Source: Phoronis australis (Eukaryota; Animalia; Phoronida). Taken from it: a stretch of DNA of 64,000 bases. Location of the stretch: the NCBI GenBank assembly GCA_002633005.1, contig NMRA01000283.1:124001-188000 (forward strand), read 5' to 3'. The position numbers and the translations under genes were made by a program. This document shows positions 39,133 to 50,119 of this stretch, piece after piece (the stretch's first letter is position 1; every line of letters begins with the position of its first letter). The notes beneath the pieces are model-generated. The model saw only the letters and a program-made list of their open reading frames with translations. It had not been told where the DNA came from and did not search any database.

Positions 39133-42100
39133 GTGCGTGTGTATGTATGTGTGTGTGTGTGTGTGTTTGTGTGGGTGTGAGCATATACATGTAAAATGAC
39201 ATTGAAGGCGACTAGTTAAGAGATGTACTTCGTAACAGTATAAAATGGCGTTCGAAGATGGCCATGTCGGTGCTAGTGTAATTGCGGGTGAAAGTGAAGG
39301 TCTCATTGTTGAAGACGGGGTTGAGGCTGATGATAAAGTTAATGGCGACAGTGGAGCTGATTGAATTAGGGTTGGTGCCGTGAAGGCAATTCCCTGGGAC
39401 CCATATAACAAAGATACTATTTGCCCAGGTGAACCTAGTTTTAACTCCACGTCAATAGATGTTGGTTGAGTATCATGAATTGTGTAATTACTGCATGGAA
39501 GATTTTGTCCACCTACATCTATTAACGTGTCCGCTTAGTAATTGAAAAGGGACAGGTTTGATTATCAACAGTTCGTACCTGGGCTACCAATACTATCTCG
39601 TATAGCGGTTCTTATCGTGTAACGTAAATGGGTTAATGACTTTTAAAAGATTTTTGTTGATAAAACATACATGAGACCCTCCTCAGAACCTAAATGGAAT
39701 ATGTGTTTAAGTGTGAAGAATGAGACTTTGAAGTGGAAAAAGAGATATTTGTAGCAGTAGGTTTTGCGTTCTCTGTATGATTAATTTTTTGTTTGTGGTT
39801 CACCGTTGGATCTTCTATTATGTTAAGTAATATACCTAAAGGTCTCACGTGGACATGTTTTTGCTTATAAATAAAAATGAGGCGGAACAGACTACCGCCC
39901 GTTAGCATGAATCATTATTCGTATTCTGATGCCCGTTGTGACGTCAATCAAATGCATTTTGGGCGTATCCACTGACATCAAAATCCGTCACTGAATTTAG
40001 GCTGAGTTGAATGAAGTTGGGGGCACCAACGCATTGGACAATAAATCTTGCTTAAATTAGTTAGCTTGTACCGAAACATTGAGATTTGTCACTGCCTTGG
40101 GTATAGTGAAATGGAAATGGGCATACCCAAACATACTAAGATGTCGGTGGTCTTGATTACATTGAAACGAAAATGAGAGTAATCTAAACATGCTAAGACA
40201 TGTCAATGGTTTAGGGTGCAGTGAAATGGAAAAAGGTGTAACCAAACATGCTAAGATATGCCAGTGGTCTTGGGTACAGTGAAATGGAAATGGATGTACC
40301 CAAACATATTAAGATGCCGGTTGTCTTGGGTACATTGAAACGGAAAAGGAGGTACCCAAACATGCTAAGATATGCCAGCGGACTTGGGTACAGTAGAATT
40401 GAAATGGGTCTGCCAAAAACATGCTAAGATATGTCGGTGGTCTTTGGTACATTGAAATGAAAATAAGTATACTTTATCCAAACTTGCTCAAGGGTTGGGT
40501 GTAATTGAATCAATTTGGGTATACCCAAATCCGTTGTCGATTGATCTAATGAATCCTTATGAGAGTGTGAAATCGAACTCACATTTTTTATTTAATTTTC
40601 ATTTTGTCATTTGTCATTTTGACAATAAAAGTTCACTCTAAATAATAACATGTTTACATATAAAAGTACATGTTTATTGCCAGGCAAAACATAACGTAAC
40701 CCCTCGGATGACTGTCGAGAGGCTACAACACTTCCCATACGTCTCTTTACTAATTTCATCTCCGTTTGTTTTAAATGGGCAATAGTCTAAATCCAGTCAA
40801 CGACTAAGAGGTGTTTTTCACATTGTCAAATACACACTGCAATTGCTCTCTTCGATCTGGAAGACGCATACAACAAAGTGGATACGGGTCTTCTTGCCAA
40901 CAAACTCAGACAAATGGAGGTGTCCGTTATGATGACCCGTTGGATTCTAGTCTTGCTGGATACCCTCGGATGTCAACTCAAATTCGGCAAGTGGAAGTCT
41001 AGCATCTTTGAAGCAATCTCAGGCCTCCCGCAAGGGTCCCCTCTCAGCTCAGTGCTCTTTAACGTCTACACGGCAGATCTCGTACAAGCAGCAGGTGTAG
41101 GTGGAGCTTCACCATACAGCTATGTTGATGACTTGATAGTCGTCAATGAGGCGAACACTCCAAGACATGTCGTGGAGGGCTTGCAATCAGCAAGTGATGT
41201 GGCCGATTGGAACGAAGACAACAAGATGTCCATCCAACCAGATAAAGGGAAATGGATGTTAGCCTCACGAGGTCATTTCAACCCAAACATGTTCATCCAC
41301 GGATATATGGGAGCCATGATAACTCAAGTCCCTGAAGTTACCTATCTAGGAATTAAGATGGATCGAAGAATGACGATGAACGCCCATGTGGAATTCCTAG
41401 CTGAGAAAGGTGCCAAGAGCCTGTCACTGTTGAGATATGCAGCAGCCCAGCAGATCCAACAAAAGAGCCTGGTGCAGCTCATGACTGCAACTGTCGGCGC
41501 AAGAACTGAGTATGGGCTCCATCTGTGCTTATGTGCCTCCCAACAGTCAATGACCAAACTACAGAGGATTCAAAACCAGGCCATGAGTATAGTAACCAGT
41601 GCAGCTAGACCCACTCCGATAGACAGTCTCCAATACTGGTTAGGTATCAATAGCATCCGTACTAAACAGAAGACACTAGCAGCCCAAGCATTTCTAAAGG
41701 CAGCTACAACCAATTCTCATCCTCTGTACCTGGACTTGAGAGAGCATAGTGATGAGCACACTGCACAGAGGCTGAAAACTGTTCAATCATGGGTTATCGG
41801 AGCTAGGGACCTTGTCGAAGAGGTATGTCCAGTGGAGAACATCAACAGCATAGAGTGGTCGAAAGCCACAAACTTTTCATCAACACCATGGAGATTGGAG
41901 GACGTCATTGGCGGGAAAGAGCTGACTGTATCAACCGAGCAACTGTATCGGAATGGCTTGAAAAACAATCTCCCACAATCATTGTTGCAACGGACGGCTC
42001 ACTAAGAGATGACATTACGGCTTGGGCAGCAGTTGCTTGGACTCACGAGGGTCAACGCCTCTTCGAATGGTCAACAGCACGGGTTGGAAAATCCTCGTCT

Positions 42101-45100
42101 TTTAGAGCTGAATGTGAATCATACGAAGACGCCCTAGTCTGGCTCTCACAGAACGCAACACCTGGACAAATCATTTCTACTTACAGACTCCCTTAGCCTC
42201 ATTAGCAGGCTAAAAGCTGGTCGTGTGAAAGATTCCTGGATCCCTCTGTTCAGCTCTATTAATGGTCGCTTCACCAGGACACTGTGGCATCTCATTCAAC
42301 GTCAAGGCGGATGAGCTTGCAGGCATCGCAGAACCGATTGCCAACCTGCTACTCACATCAGCAGATGTAATCTCCACAGTGCGTGAATCGCTTACAGATG
42401 CCGAGATTGTACAACAACAGGAGAGATGGGCAACAAAGCGCCTCTTAGAGCGAGGATGGCAATACGGAGATGCAGCAAAAACTCGTATCAGGGGAAAAGA
42501 TCGAACAGTGTGTAACCAGCACGAACTTGGTTGCATCTCCAAATTTACATTGCGTGCGATACTGGAAGGAGGAGGGCCAGAGACTATCCCGGTGTCTACC
42601 CTCTGACGTCACCACAGAAACAGAAACAGAAACAGAAACAAATACATTTGATGACTTCAATCGTCCAATGTTGCGCACAGTACTGCACTAGCTCTAGGTT
42701 GCCTCAGTATACACCGGTGACCTAAAGTCGTTAATATAAGCATAATAAGTGCCGATTGTCATACTACCCAATGTCCGTTAGCAACTGCTCATGTGATGTC
42801 ATGGACATATGTCAGCCTTCACAAATATACGTGTTTTGACAATCTTAATCCTTGTTTGTCTCCGTAAGCAGAGTTTTGAAACGGTCGCTGATATCGGCGG
42901 CCATTTTGAATGAGGCCCTAAAGTCGTGACCGTTTCGGTTAGACGGAAATACACGAAGTAAGACCTCACAAGTCAACTACAGTGCGTACAGTTACTCTAG
43001 ATGACATAAAAATGCATTGCATTGTTTATTAATTCAGTTTCAATTGAAATAAATTGTTATAAGTTTTGCACCCAACTTTGATGTGCACAGACGTTTTCAA
43101 TGAGGTTGTTCACGTAAAACGCTAAGAACCCAGCATCAATTATCGCTCTGTATTTTATTGTTTTGGCCTTACAAAACTTGATCAACCCTGGGACATTTTG
43201 ATACATTGTTCAAGCTACCCCTGGAGCGCGTGTTTGAGTAAATCTGAACGATAAATATTTTCGAAAATATATCCCAAAAATGCCCAAAAAGTGAATTAGT
43301 GAAATATGCTGTTTTTAAGATACATTTGAAAAAAGAAGCCACTCACTCACTGTTTGTTATCATATTGTGAATACGACCACGTCCGGGTATTCGTTTGACG
43401 TTCGTAAGCAGACGAACGCTGGAAACTTCAACGCCAGATGTCGCAGGACCGCGCAGAAGAGGAAATAAGATCGTTCACGACTTTAGGGCCTCTGACGGTA
43501 CTACGCAAAAAACAGGCTTGAAACATGGACGGTTTCCTTGATTTAGCGTCGTGGTTTTTCCCACAAAAATGATTCGATGACGTCGTACGTAATAACTACC
43601 TGAAGAATATTGTACCAAATGAGCGTGTTCCTTGTTAAGTGACACAATTCCTTAGTACACGTCTCTTTTCTCCTGGCGACTTCATTTACTTGATTAGTTT
43701 TTTAATACAACAAATGGCAATGCAATTTAAATTTGGTGATTACGATTTTGTCATTGGTTCATGAAGGTTTCTAATCTGGTTGCTGGTTCAAGCCATATAG
43801 ATATCATAAAGCCATTCATCTATGGTCCAAGCCTTCTCGACGATGAAATAAATCGGTTCCAGACTAGGTAGCGACTGTTGTGTAAAAGATAATGGGTAGT
43901 TCCGACATGCGCAGTTAGGAAACGCCTTCCATGATTGCCGTTGCGAAGTACCACAAGCAAAAAGGCAACGTCTCGCATCCTACAGCTTCCATTACCGCTC
44001 CAGTCTGGTGAACTTCGTGAAAACTAGGTCATTTCGTCAGTTTTTACCATAAGCTACGATCTGATTTGAATGCGTTTTCCAACATCGATTTGCCTCTCAT
44101 TTCTCTCAATTCCTGTAATTTTTGAGACAAATACTTATTCAATTGCTGCCAAATGATTCCAATAGCGCTGTTCACTGGTCATTTTCGTCTAACCTTTATG
44201 AGATTCGGAAATAGAAGTAGTTATACTGTAAACCGCCTCAAAGTTACATTGTGAGCAGTGGGCATGGCTATCCCAACCAGTGTTTATCAACAGTTCCGTA
44301 TCAAGGAACCATTGGCGCAAGACAATCATTAATCGGGCCGCTCGAAGTGTATTCCACGTGAATTGTCATCAGTGCAAGTTTCAAGGCAATAGATTATCGT
44401 AACAGTTTTAAAAAATAAAAGATAACGATTAATTGTATTCTACTTTTCAAAATCAGTACGTTGTAAGTGAAGTTTTGAGCAAAATTTGCTGCAAAAAAAT
44501 AAGTAGTAACCTGTTGCAACATTCTACGTGTGAGTTTATGACATTCAGCACAAAGAGTAAATTAAGAGTATAGTCTTGTCTGATCAATCAAAATAGAAAC
44601 CGTAGGTGCAGTGTTAGTTGCATTGCACTCTTGTGTTCGGCGATCAGATTTTTGAGATAACTACTTCGAAATAATTTTGACTGCATTTAGAATTTGTTAG
44701 TGTCCTCTGGTGGTCTTGTGTTAAGAGTCTTATTTTACATTTTCATAAGCCACGTTGCCATCTTGGTTCATAATTCCAAGTTTTGATGTTAATTCGCAAT
44801 TTGATAACGCTAAAGAAAAGAATATATACACTAAGGAACATTACGAAGGGGTGTACCTTTCTCTTTTTGCTTCTTTGTACACAGATCATTTACTCAGTCA
44901 TAGTCTTTCATTATTCAGGGGCATATTTCTCTAATCGTGAAGTCCACTAAATGCCTAAATAAGTGACAGGCACGCACTTTCCTTATTCCGTTTTTATACA
45001 TGTACATGTATATCGTTTAACTGAATTGCAACGATGCCCGAGTGCATGGTAAATCCTCACTTTCATTCAAACCTAATGTTTTTGGGACAAAGATGGCGCT

Positions 45101-46780
45101 TGCGTATTCCCACATCTGCCGTGATTGGATGGAGCTTGATTGAACATGTCGGAACTACCCATTAACGTTGCCTGTCACTCGGATACACATCATTTGTATG
45201 TTTTGTAAAAGCTATTTTAGAGTGAATGACACTTTGCATTCCCGTCAGCAATGATCGGTATGTGCACTTCATCACCTGTCATTGTCGGCTGCTCAGTGCT
45301 GGCTTTGAACGCTAAATTCTCCCCACAATTTTGTCCCCGGAAATCTCTGCTGTCGATTGTACTGTGCTCCATCGTCTTTCTCTTCGCCAGCACGTTGGCG
45401 AATTCTTGAGCCATGTGACACAACTCCTTATTCAGCTTCAAAGCTGGCGCCTGGTGCCGTGCTCGGTACTCGTTATGTGCTGCCAAACAATTTTGTTCAA
45501 AATCGGTGAACGCTCCCTGGAAAATTATGGAAATACAAGTACCAGAAGAGCTTGGTTTTAGTTAATAATTATAGACTGCTGCTAAGAACTACAATTGTAC
45601 CAGACGTGAAGTAATGGTCCGATTTCAATCTAACCGTAGATTAACTTGAAAGGGCATAAATTGATGCTTTGTCGATTTAATCTTCCATCTAGCCTTGGCG
45701 CAAGCTTTGTGCCGATGTGGGTAATAAACTGACCATATAAAATCTGACACAAATTTTGTGCTATTAAAAACTAAAATTTTCCTTGAGTAAACTAAACTAT
45801 TTACAGGTGTTGGGGAAAGTGTCGTTCTACCATTATTCTGCTTCTAAAGTTGTACATGTACGTCGGCTTTAGGCACCATGAAATAATGCGTCACCTATTG
45901 GACAGTTTCTTTTTTCGCCGATTCTTCAATCAACTGTTATTCTTTCACGAAGTTCCGTACCCGTCACAACAAATTATCAGAACTTGTTTCACTTCATGAT
46001 AAATTTTCAGTACTTTGATACCAAAAAAAAACGAATTTAAGAGGAAATTTTGCTGCTGTCAAGCTATCACCATCCCCCGATAGATGTCGCAAAACTTTAG
46101 AAAAACGCGCGTGCGCGTGTCACGAGCGTACTGTTTTCAAAACGACGACATAACTTTTCTTTGTCAGAAAAGACAGAGGATTACGCAAGAAAATGACTTT
46201 TATTAGATTGTTTTTCACTTAAATGGCTCCATATACGCCCCATTACAACACTGTTTTAGCTCTACAAGTTGATACAGGTTTCACTGCGAGGTGACGAGCA
46301 GAACTACCCTGGCTGTGTGCAATTTCGGGGTCTTTGGAAGATTAACACACAGTGGTACCTAGCTGTATTTCGACGACAGTCTTCATACAGCTAGCTGGCT
46401 GGCTATAATTATTTCATTCAGACCTGGTGTGACTTCATACTAATTGCGAAAACGTCAATAACTAACCGATACACCGGTCGTAGCACTACGTTCCAACACT
46501 TAATTACTCTTCAAAGGAACACTTTATCAAATTATGAGATTTTAGGGTTTTGAACGTCATTTTACATTAATTTAGACTGAAACTTGTCAACCGACAAAAA
46601 CATATCGACCGACAATTTCCTGTTGTTACTTTGGCCAAAAACAGGACGTTGATAGCAGCTGGTTTTGTGCTCGACTTGAGACAGATGGAGCATGTCGTCT
46701 TCTTTGAGGACAGCGGAAATAACGTTTACCTGAGAATTCGAAGAGTTTGTTGTTGAAGCACTGGGCGATGAACTGGTCAT
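36757..46780 (-). CDS. GLIPR2: GAPR-1/GLIPR2-like CAP (SCP/PR-1) domain protein, about 176 aa; exons (minus strand) 46730-46780, 45276-45516, 37935-38012 (duplicate at 37301-37378), 36757-36917
   Basis: [17 protein letters not shown]|[80 protein letters not shown]|[26 protein letters not shown]|[53 protein letters not shown]. It has CAP motifs HNxx[17 protein letters not shown], VARYxPxGN; GT-AG introns with phases 0/1/1. The first exon is the least certain. Confidence 0.9.
36857..38120. repeat. About 630-bp near-identical tandem duplication around the single N at 37487 (probable uncollapsed haplotypes)
   Basis: 36857-37486 matches 37488-38120 apart from SNPs and small indels; it duplicates the penultimate CAP exon and part of the last exon. 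Confidence 0.85.
38618..38773 (-). mobile_element. MITE (same family as 19847 and 31275; TSD CTTAG/CTTCG) in a GLIPR2-like intron
   Basis: CAGTGACGGATTTA...CCATTTGGCAG...GTGCGAATGTCTGACGGG...AAAATCCTGGATCTAGCTCTG is the reverse complement of the 19847 copy. Confidence 0.8.
39078..39180. repeat. (TG)n microsatellite, imperfect
   Basis: About 100 bp of tgtgtg with interruptions. Confidence 0.95.
40090..40530. repeat. Minisatellite, about 56-bp unit, about 8 diverged copies
   Basis: The unit resembles CTTGGGTACAGTGAAATGGAAATGGATGTACCCAAACATGCTAAGATGTCGGTGGT; each unit contains the inverted pair TTGGGTAC...GTACCCAA. Confidence 0.85.
40835..42638 (+). mobile_element. 5'-truncated non-LTR retrotransposon (I-group type: RT plus RNase H), (ACAGAA)n tail, 8-bp TSD
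   Basis: RT motifs [27 protein letters not shown]; RNase H motifs ATDGS, SSFRAE, TDS, PGHCGI..N..ADELA in frameshifted pieces; tail (ACAGAA)x4; CAAATACA at 40827-40834 and 42639-42646. It lies antisense in a GLIPR2-like intron. Confidence 0.92.
42912..43492. mobile_element. MITE with 18-bp TIRs
   Basis: GAGGCCCTAAAGTCGTGA ... TCACGACTTTAGGGCCTC. Confidence 0.7.
43890..45164. mobile_element. Non-autonomous DNA transposon with 20-bp inverted termini (at|GG...CC|at, ISL2EU-like)
   Basis: TAATGGGTAGTTCCGACATG (43890-43909) and CATGTCGGAACTACCCATTA (45145-45164). Confidence 0.7.
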
Positions 46781-47295
46781 GTCTGTTTGTGATATTTACA
46801 CGATTTAAACCACGAGAGATTGAGATATAATATAGGATGATGTGTTTTCTCATGTGAAGCATGTCGCATTGCCTTGGCGATAATATCTCACAGCATTTCC
46901 CTGAACAACACAACGTGAAAACAGCACGTTCTTTGAACATTGCAAGAACGCCAGAACTGCACAGTGCTATTTCCCGCGGAGAGGTGACTGTGCAAGTCAA
47001 ATGTTAACATAGGTCGTAGACAACAGATTCGCGACTCCGACATATTCCAGAGGATGCACCACTCTCCTAAATTACCTTACTCAGCTTCCGGTGAAGTGTT
47101 TTGGGACAGGAAAGTCGTGCATCTATGTTACGGCCTCGCGAAACGAAACAAAATAAACACATCAACAAAAATACTGGAAATTTGTATTCAGTGGTCCTTG
47201 TTTTCATTACTTTTGTTTTTTTAAATCATGTTGCATATCAATAGTCGCCATGAGTGTACCACGTATCCGTGCTCGTTCTTCTAAGAACGCGGGAA

Positions 47296-47337
47296 CACCT
47301 GACGATGGCCGGAGAAGAGACCGACCGAAACGACGTG
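47296..47337 (+). ncRNA. Minimal type I hammerhead ribozyme-like motif (Penelope-type), probably inactivated
   Basis: CAC-CTGACGA-T-GGCCGG-agaagaga-CCGACC-GAAAC-GAC-GTG has core boxes CUGANGA and GAAA, stem I CAC/GTG and stem II with one mismatch; the cleavage triplet is GAC rather than GUC. Confidence 0.6.
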
Positions 47338-47914
47338 ACAGTGTATATGGACTAGAGGTCGATGTAAATAGACCAAGAGATTTCAATAATAGTTGTTACG
47401 TACGTCTGCTTATAATTAAAAGCACAGTGTACATGTACTTAAGTGAGCAGTTCTTGTGGGACGTGTTAAGTGACTCTTAAAAGGGCCGTTGGTCGTTCTG
47501 TGCGTGTGCCTCTAAGGCATATAGTGAGAAATGGTCCTTAACATAAATCACATAGTATACCGTGCTCACTGAAGTGTTCGTCTAACAGGAATTTCCAGGA
47601 CAAAGATGACAACATTGATGACAATAGAAACACCTTACATATATGTAGGTGTTACCGTTCACGAAAGTTGTCTCGAACTCCGTCTCGTTCGGTTCTTGTG
47701 CCTGGATCCATGTGTAATCCTGAACCGTACGAAGAAACGGAGCCAAAAAAATTTCGATTCATCGCCTTCGTACGATTCTGTGTTGCTAAGACTTGGCTGA
47801 ATTTCTTCCCAACATTCGTGACGAAAACCTACTTGGCAACTGATTGAATTTTGCATATTAGACTCTCTTCATTTATTTCTATCCCAACCCTATTTCAAGA
47901 AAGAGGTGTACAGT

Positions 47915-49247
47915 TTTAGCCCCATGTTTATATTGCATAAAAACTTGTTAAAATGCATTAACCGTGTTAAATGGATTAAGATGAACTGGCCTTGTTGCTT
48001 TGAACCTATAATTAAGTTAAATATAAAACTATGAAATTTTGAAAATCTGTAGCGGCATAAGCAGTACTCCCTTAGAATCAAGCTGTTCTCGAAAAGCTAA
48101 GTGATCTTGGTTATCCGATAGGCTGACAGGCGCATAGGGCGGGAAAATGGTATTCAGTGTGGACGTGTGCACTGAAGCAACATCATGTATCACATTTTTA
48201 TTTGGGCCAATGATACAGTAAATCTGCTTCTTTATTCCATCCTGATGTCCGCAACTTGAGCCTGTTGAGCTCTACCTTAGGCGTGGAGGGGGATGGCATA
48301 GGGACCGACGTGCTGCTTTCTCGAATGGTATCGTTTTAGAGAGGTTGCGTCTAGGGAACCAAACCTGCCAAGCTTAATATCTTTTTCGCACGTAACCCTT
48401 TCAATACATTGTAGTAGGATTGGAACATTATTCATAGGTGGTACCGGACTTTTCAAAACCCGTCGAGGAATCTTATTTTGTCAGAGAACTATCATTTGAA
48501 TATCAAAATTTTGGAACTATTTAGACTTAGACGAAAATTTAAAAGTTGTTTGTCCGGATTACAAAAATTGACCTTATAATNTTTAGCCCCATGTTTATAT
48601 TGCATAAAAACTTGTTAAAATGCATTAACCGTGTTAAATGGATTAAGATGAACTGGCCTTGTTGCTTTGAACCTATAATTAAGTTAAATATAAAACTATG
48701 AAATTTTGAAAATCTGTAGCGGCATAAGCAGTACTCCCTTAGAATCAAGCTGTTCTCGAAAAGCTAAGTGATCTTGGTTATCCGATAGGCTGACAGGCGC
48801 ATAGGGCGGGAAAATGGTATTCAGTGTGGACGTGTGCACTGAAGCAACATCATGTATCACATTTTTATTTGGGCCAATGGTACAGTGAATCTGCTTCTTT
48901 ATTCCACCCTGATGTCCGCAACTTGAGCCTGTTGAGCTCTACCTTAGGGGTGGAGGGGGATGGCATAGGGACCGACGTGCTGCTTTCTCGAATGGTATCG
49001 TTTTAGAGAGGTTGCGTCTAGGGAACCAAACCTGCCAAGCTTAATATCTTTTGCGCACGTAACCCTTTCAATACATTGTAGTAGGATTGGAACATTATTC
49101 ATAGGTGGTACCGGACTTTTCAAAACCCGTCGAGGAATCTTATTTTGTCAGAGAACTATCATTTGAATATCAAAATTTTGGAACTATTTAGACTTAGAAG
49201 AAAATTTAAAAGTTGTTTGTCCGGATTACAAAAATTGACCTTATAAT
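47915..49247. repeat. About 666-bp near-identical duplication around the single N at 48581
   Basis: 47915-48580 matches 48582-49247 with a few SNPs. Confidence 0.9.
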
Positions 49248-49269
49248 TGTATAAATGCAGCTTTCACAC

Positions 49270-49414
49270 CATGGGCGGCGCAGCACTGAAAAAATGGAGG
49301 GCTATAGCCCCCCACAGCCTCCCCCCTGTGTGAAACAGCCATAAACCATGGGCGGCGCAGCAATGAATAAAATTGGGGCTATAGCCCCCAGCACCCTGTG
49401 GTGCGCCGCCCATG
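49270..49414. mobile_element. Tiny MITE (TIR CATGGGCGGCGCA) with a duplicated left end
   Basis: CATGGGCGGCGCAGCA.TGAA...GGGCTATAGCCCCC occurs twice and the element ends TGCGCCGCCCATG. Confidence 0.65.
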
Positions 49415-49711
49415 CACCTGTTCCTTGGGCGCAAAGGAGGCGAAATTTGTTAGTTGGTGATTCTATCATAGGCTACAGACACTATACTTGAGTGAGGTAC
49501 AGAGATTTTGAGCGGCGTACACTCGAGCTTAAAGAGTTCCCCCCATGAATTTATTTAGTTTTTGAGGTTTCCATTAGAAAATCTGAAATGAATACCATGA
49601 AATCTAACTAAATAAGCACTTTTATACCACAATATTAGCGTCAAATGGCAAATACAACCGTGTAGTAACCCATGTAGTTATCTCACTAGTGAGATAACTT
49701 TTTGGCGGGAA

Positions 49712-49781
49712 ACCGAGGCCGGTTTCGAAGCCGGGCCTCAAGAGTTTCGAGTCGCCCTACCTTACCACTACACCACTCAGC
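49712..49781 (-). pseudogene. tRNA-derived element (tRNA pseudogene or SINE head; anticodon arm resembles Ser-CGA)
   Basis: GCTGAGTGGTGTAGTGGTAAGGTAGGGCGACTCGAAACTCTTGAGGCCCGGCTTCGAAACCGGCCTCGGT has an A box, a B box/T arm CCGG-CTTCGAAA-CCGG and an acceptor stem GCTGAG/CTCGGT, but a poor anticodon stem. Confidence 0.6.
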
Positions 49782-50119
49782 GGCTGACGTCATCGATCGT
49801 GAAACTAGAATACTTAAATAAATGAGCACGCTCAACAATCGCATGTTCAGCAAAGGGCACTGTACCGACATTTATACGCTATGAAAAATAGAACGCATAA
49901 TTTCCAAAAAAACGATATTTTAATTCAGTGAATTGTTTTTCTCTCGTGTTCTCTCACTAAAAATTTCCCACATCTACACTTGCACATTTTTTTAAAAAAG
50001 GTGTTTTTGTTGCACAAAATATTATGCAGATATCTGCCACTTGGTGTCGTTTTTCTATTGAACTGACCAATCAGATTGTATTTTTGTTCTTACATGTAAT
50101 TACTTCCATATGGCAGCTC

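Noticed and set aside
38951-39450. His/Thr-rich ORFs (THTHTH)
   Set aside because: Translation of the (CA)n microsatellite
40090-40530. CRISPR-like palindromic repeat array
   Set aside because: Eukaryotic context, entire units are homologous with no unique spacers, and no cas genes
47250-47480. ORF MSVPRIRARSS... with a good Kozak context and a possible donor, as first exon of a head-to-head gene
   Set aside because: Its core is a Penelope-type hammerhead sequence and I found no compatible downstream exon; not fully excluded
49712-49781. Functional tRNA-Ser(CGA)
   Set aside because: The anticodon and D stems pair poorly and the long serine variable arm is absent; kept only as a tRNA-derived relic
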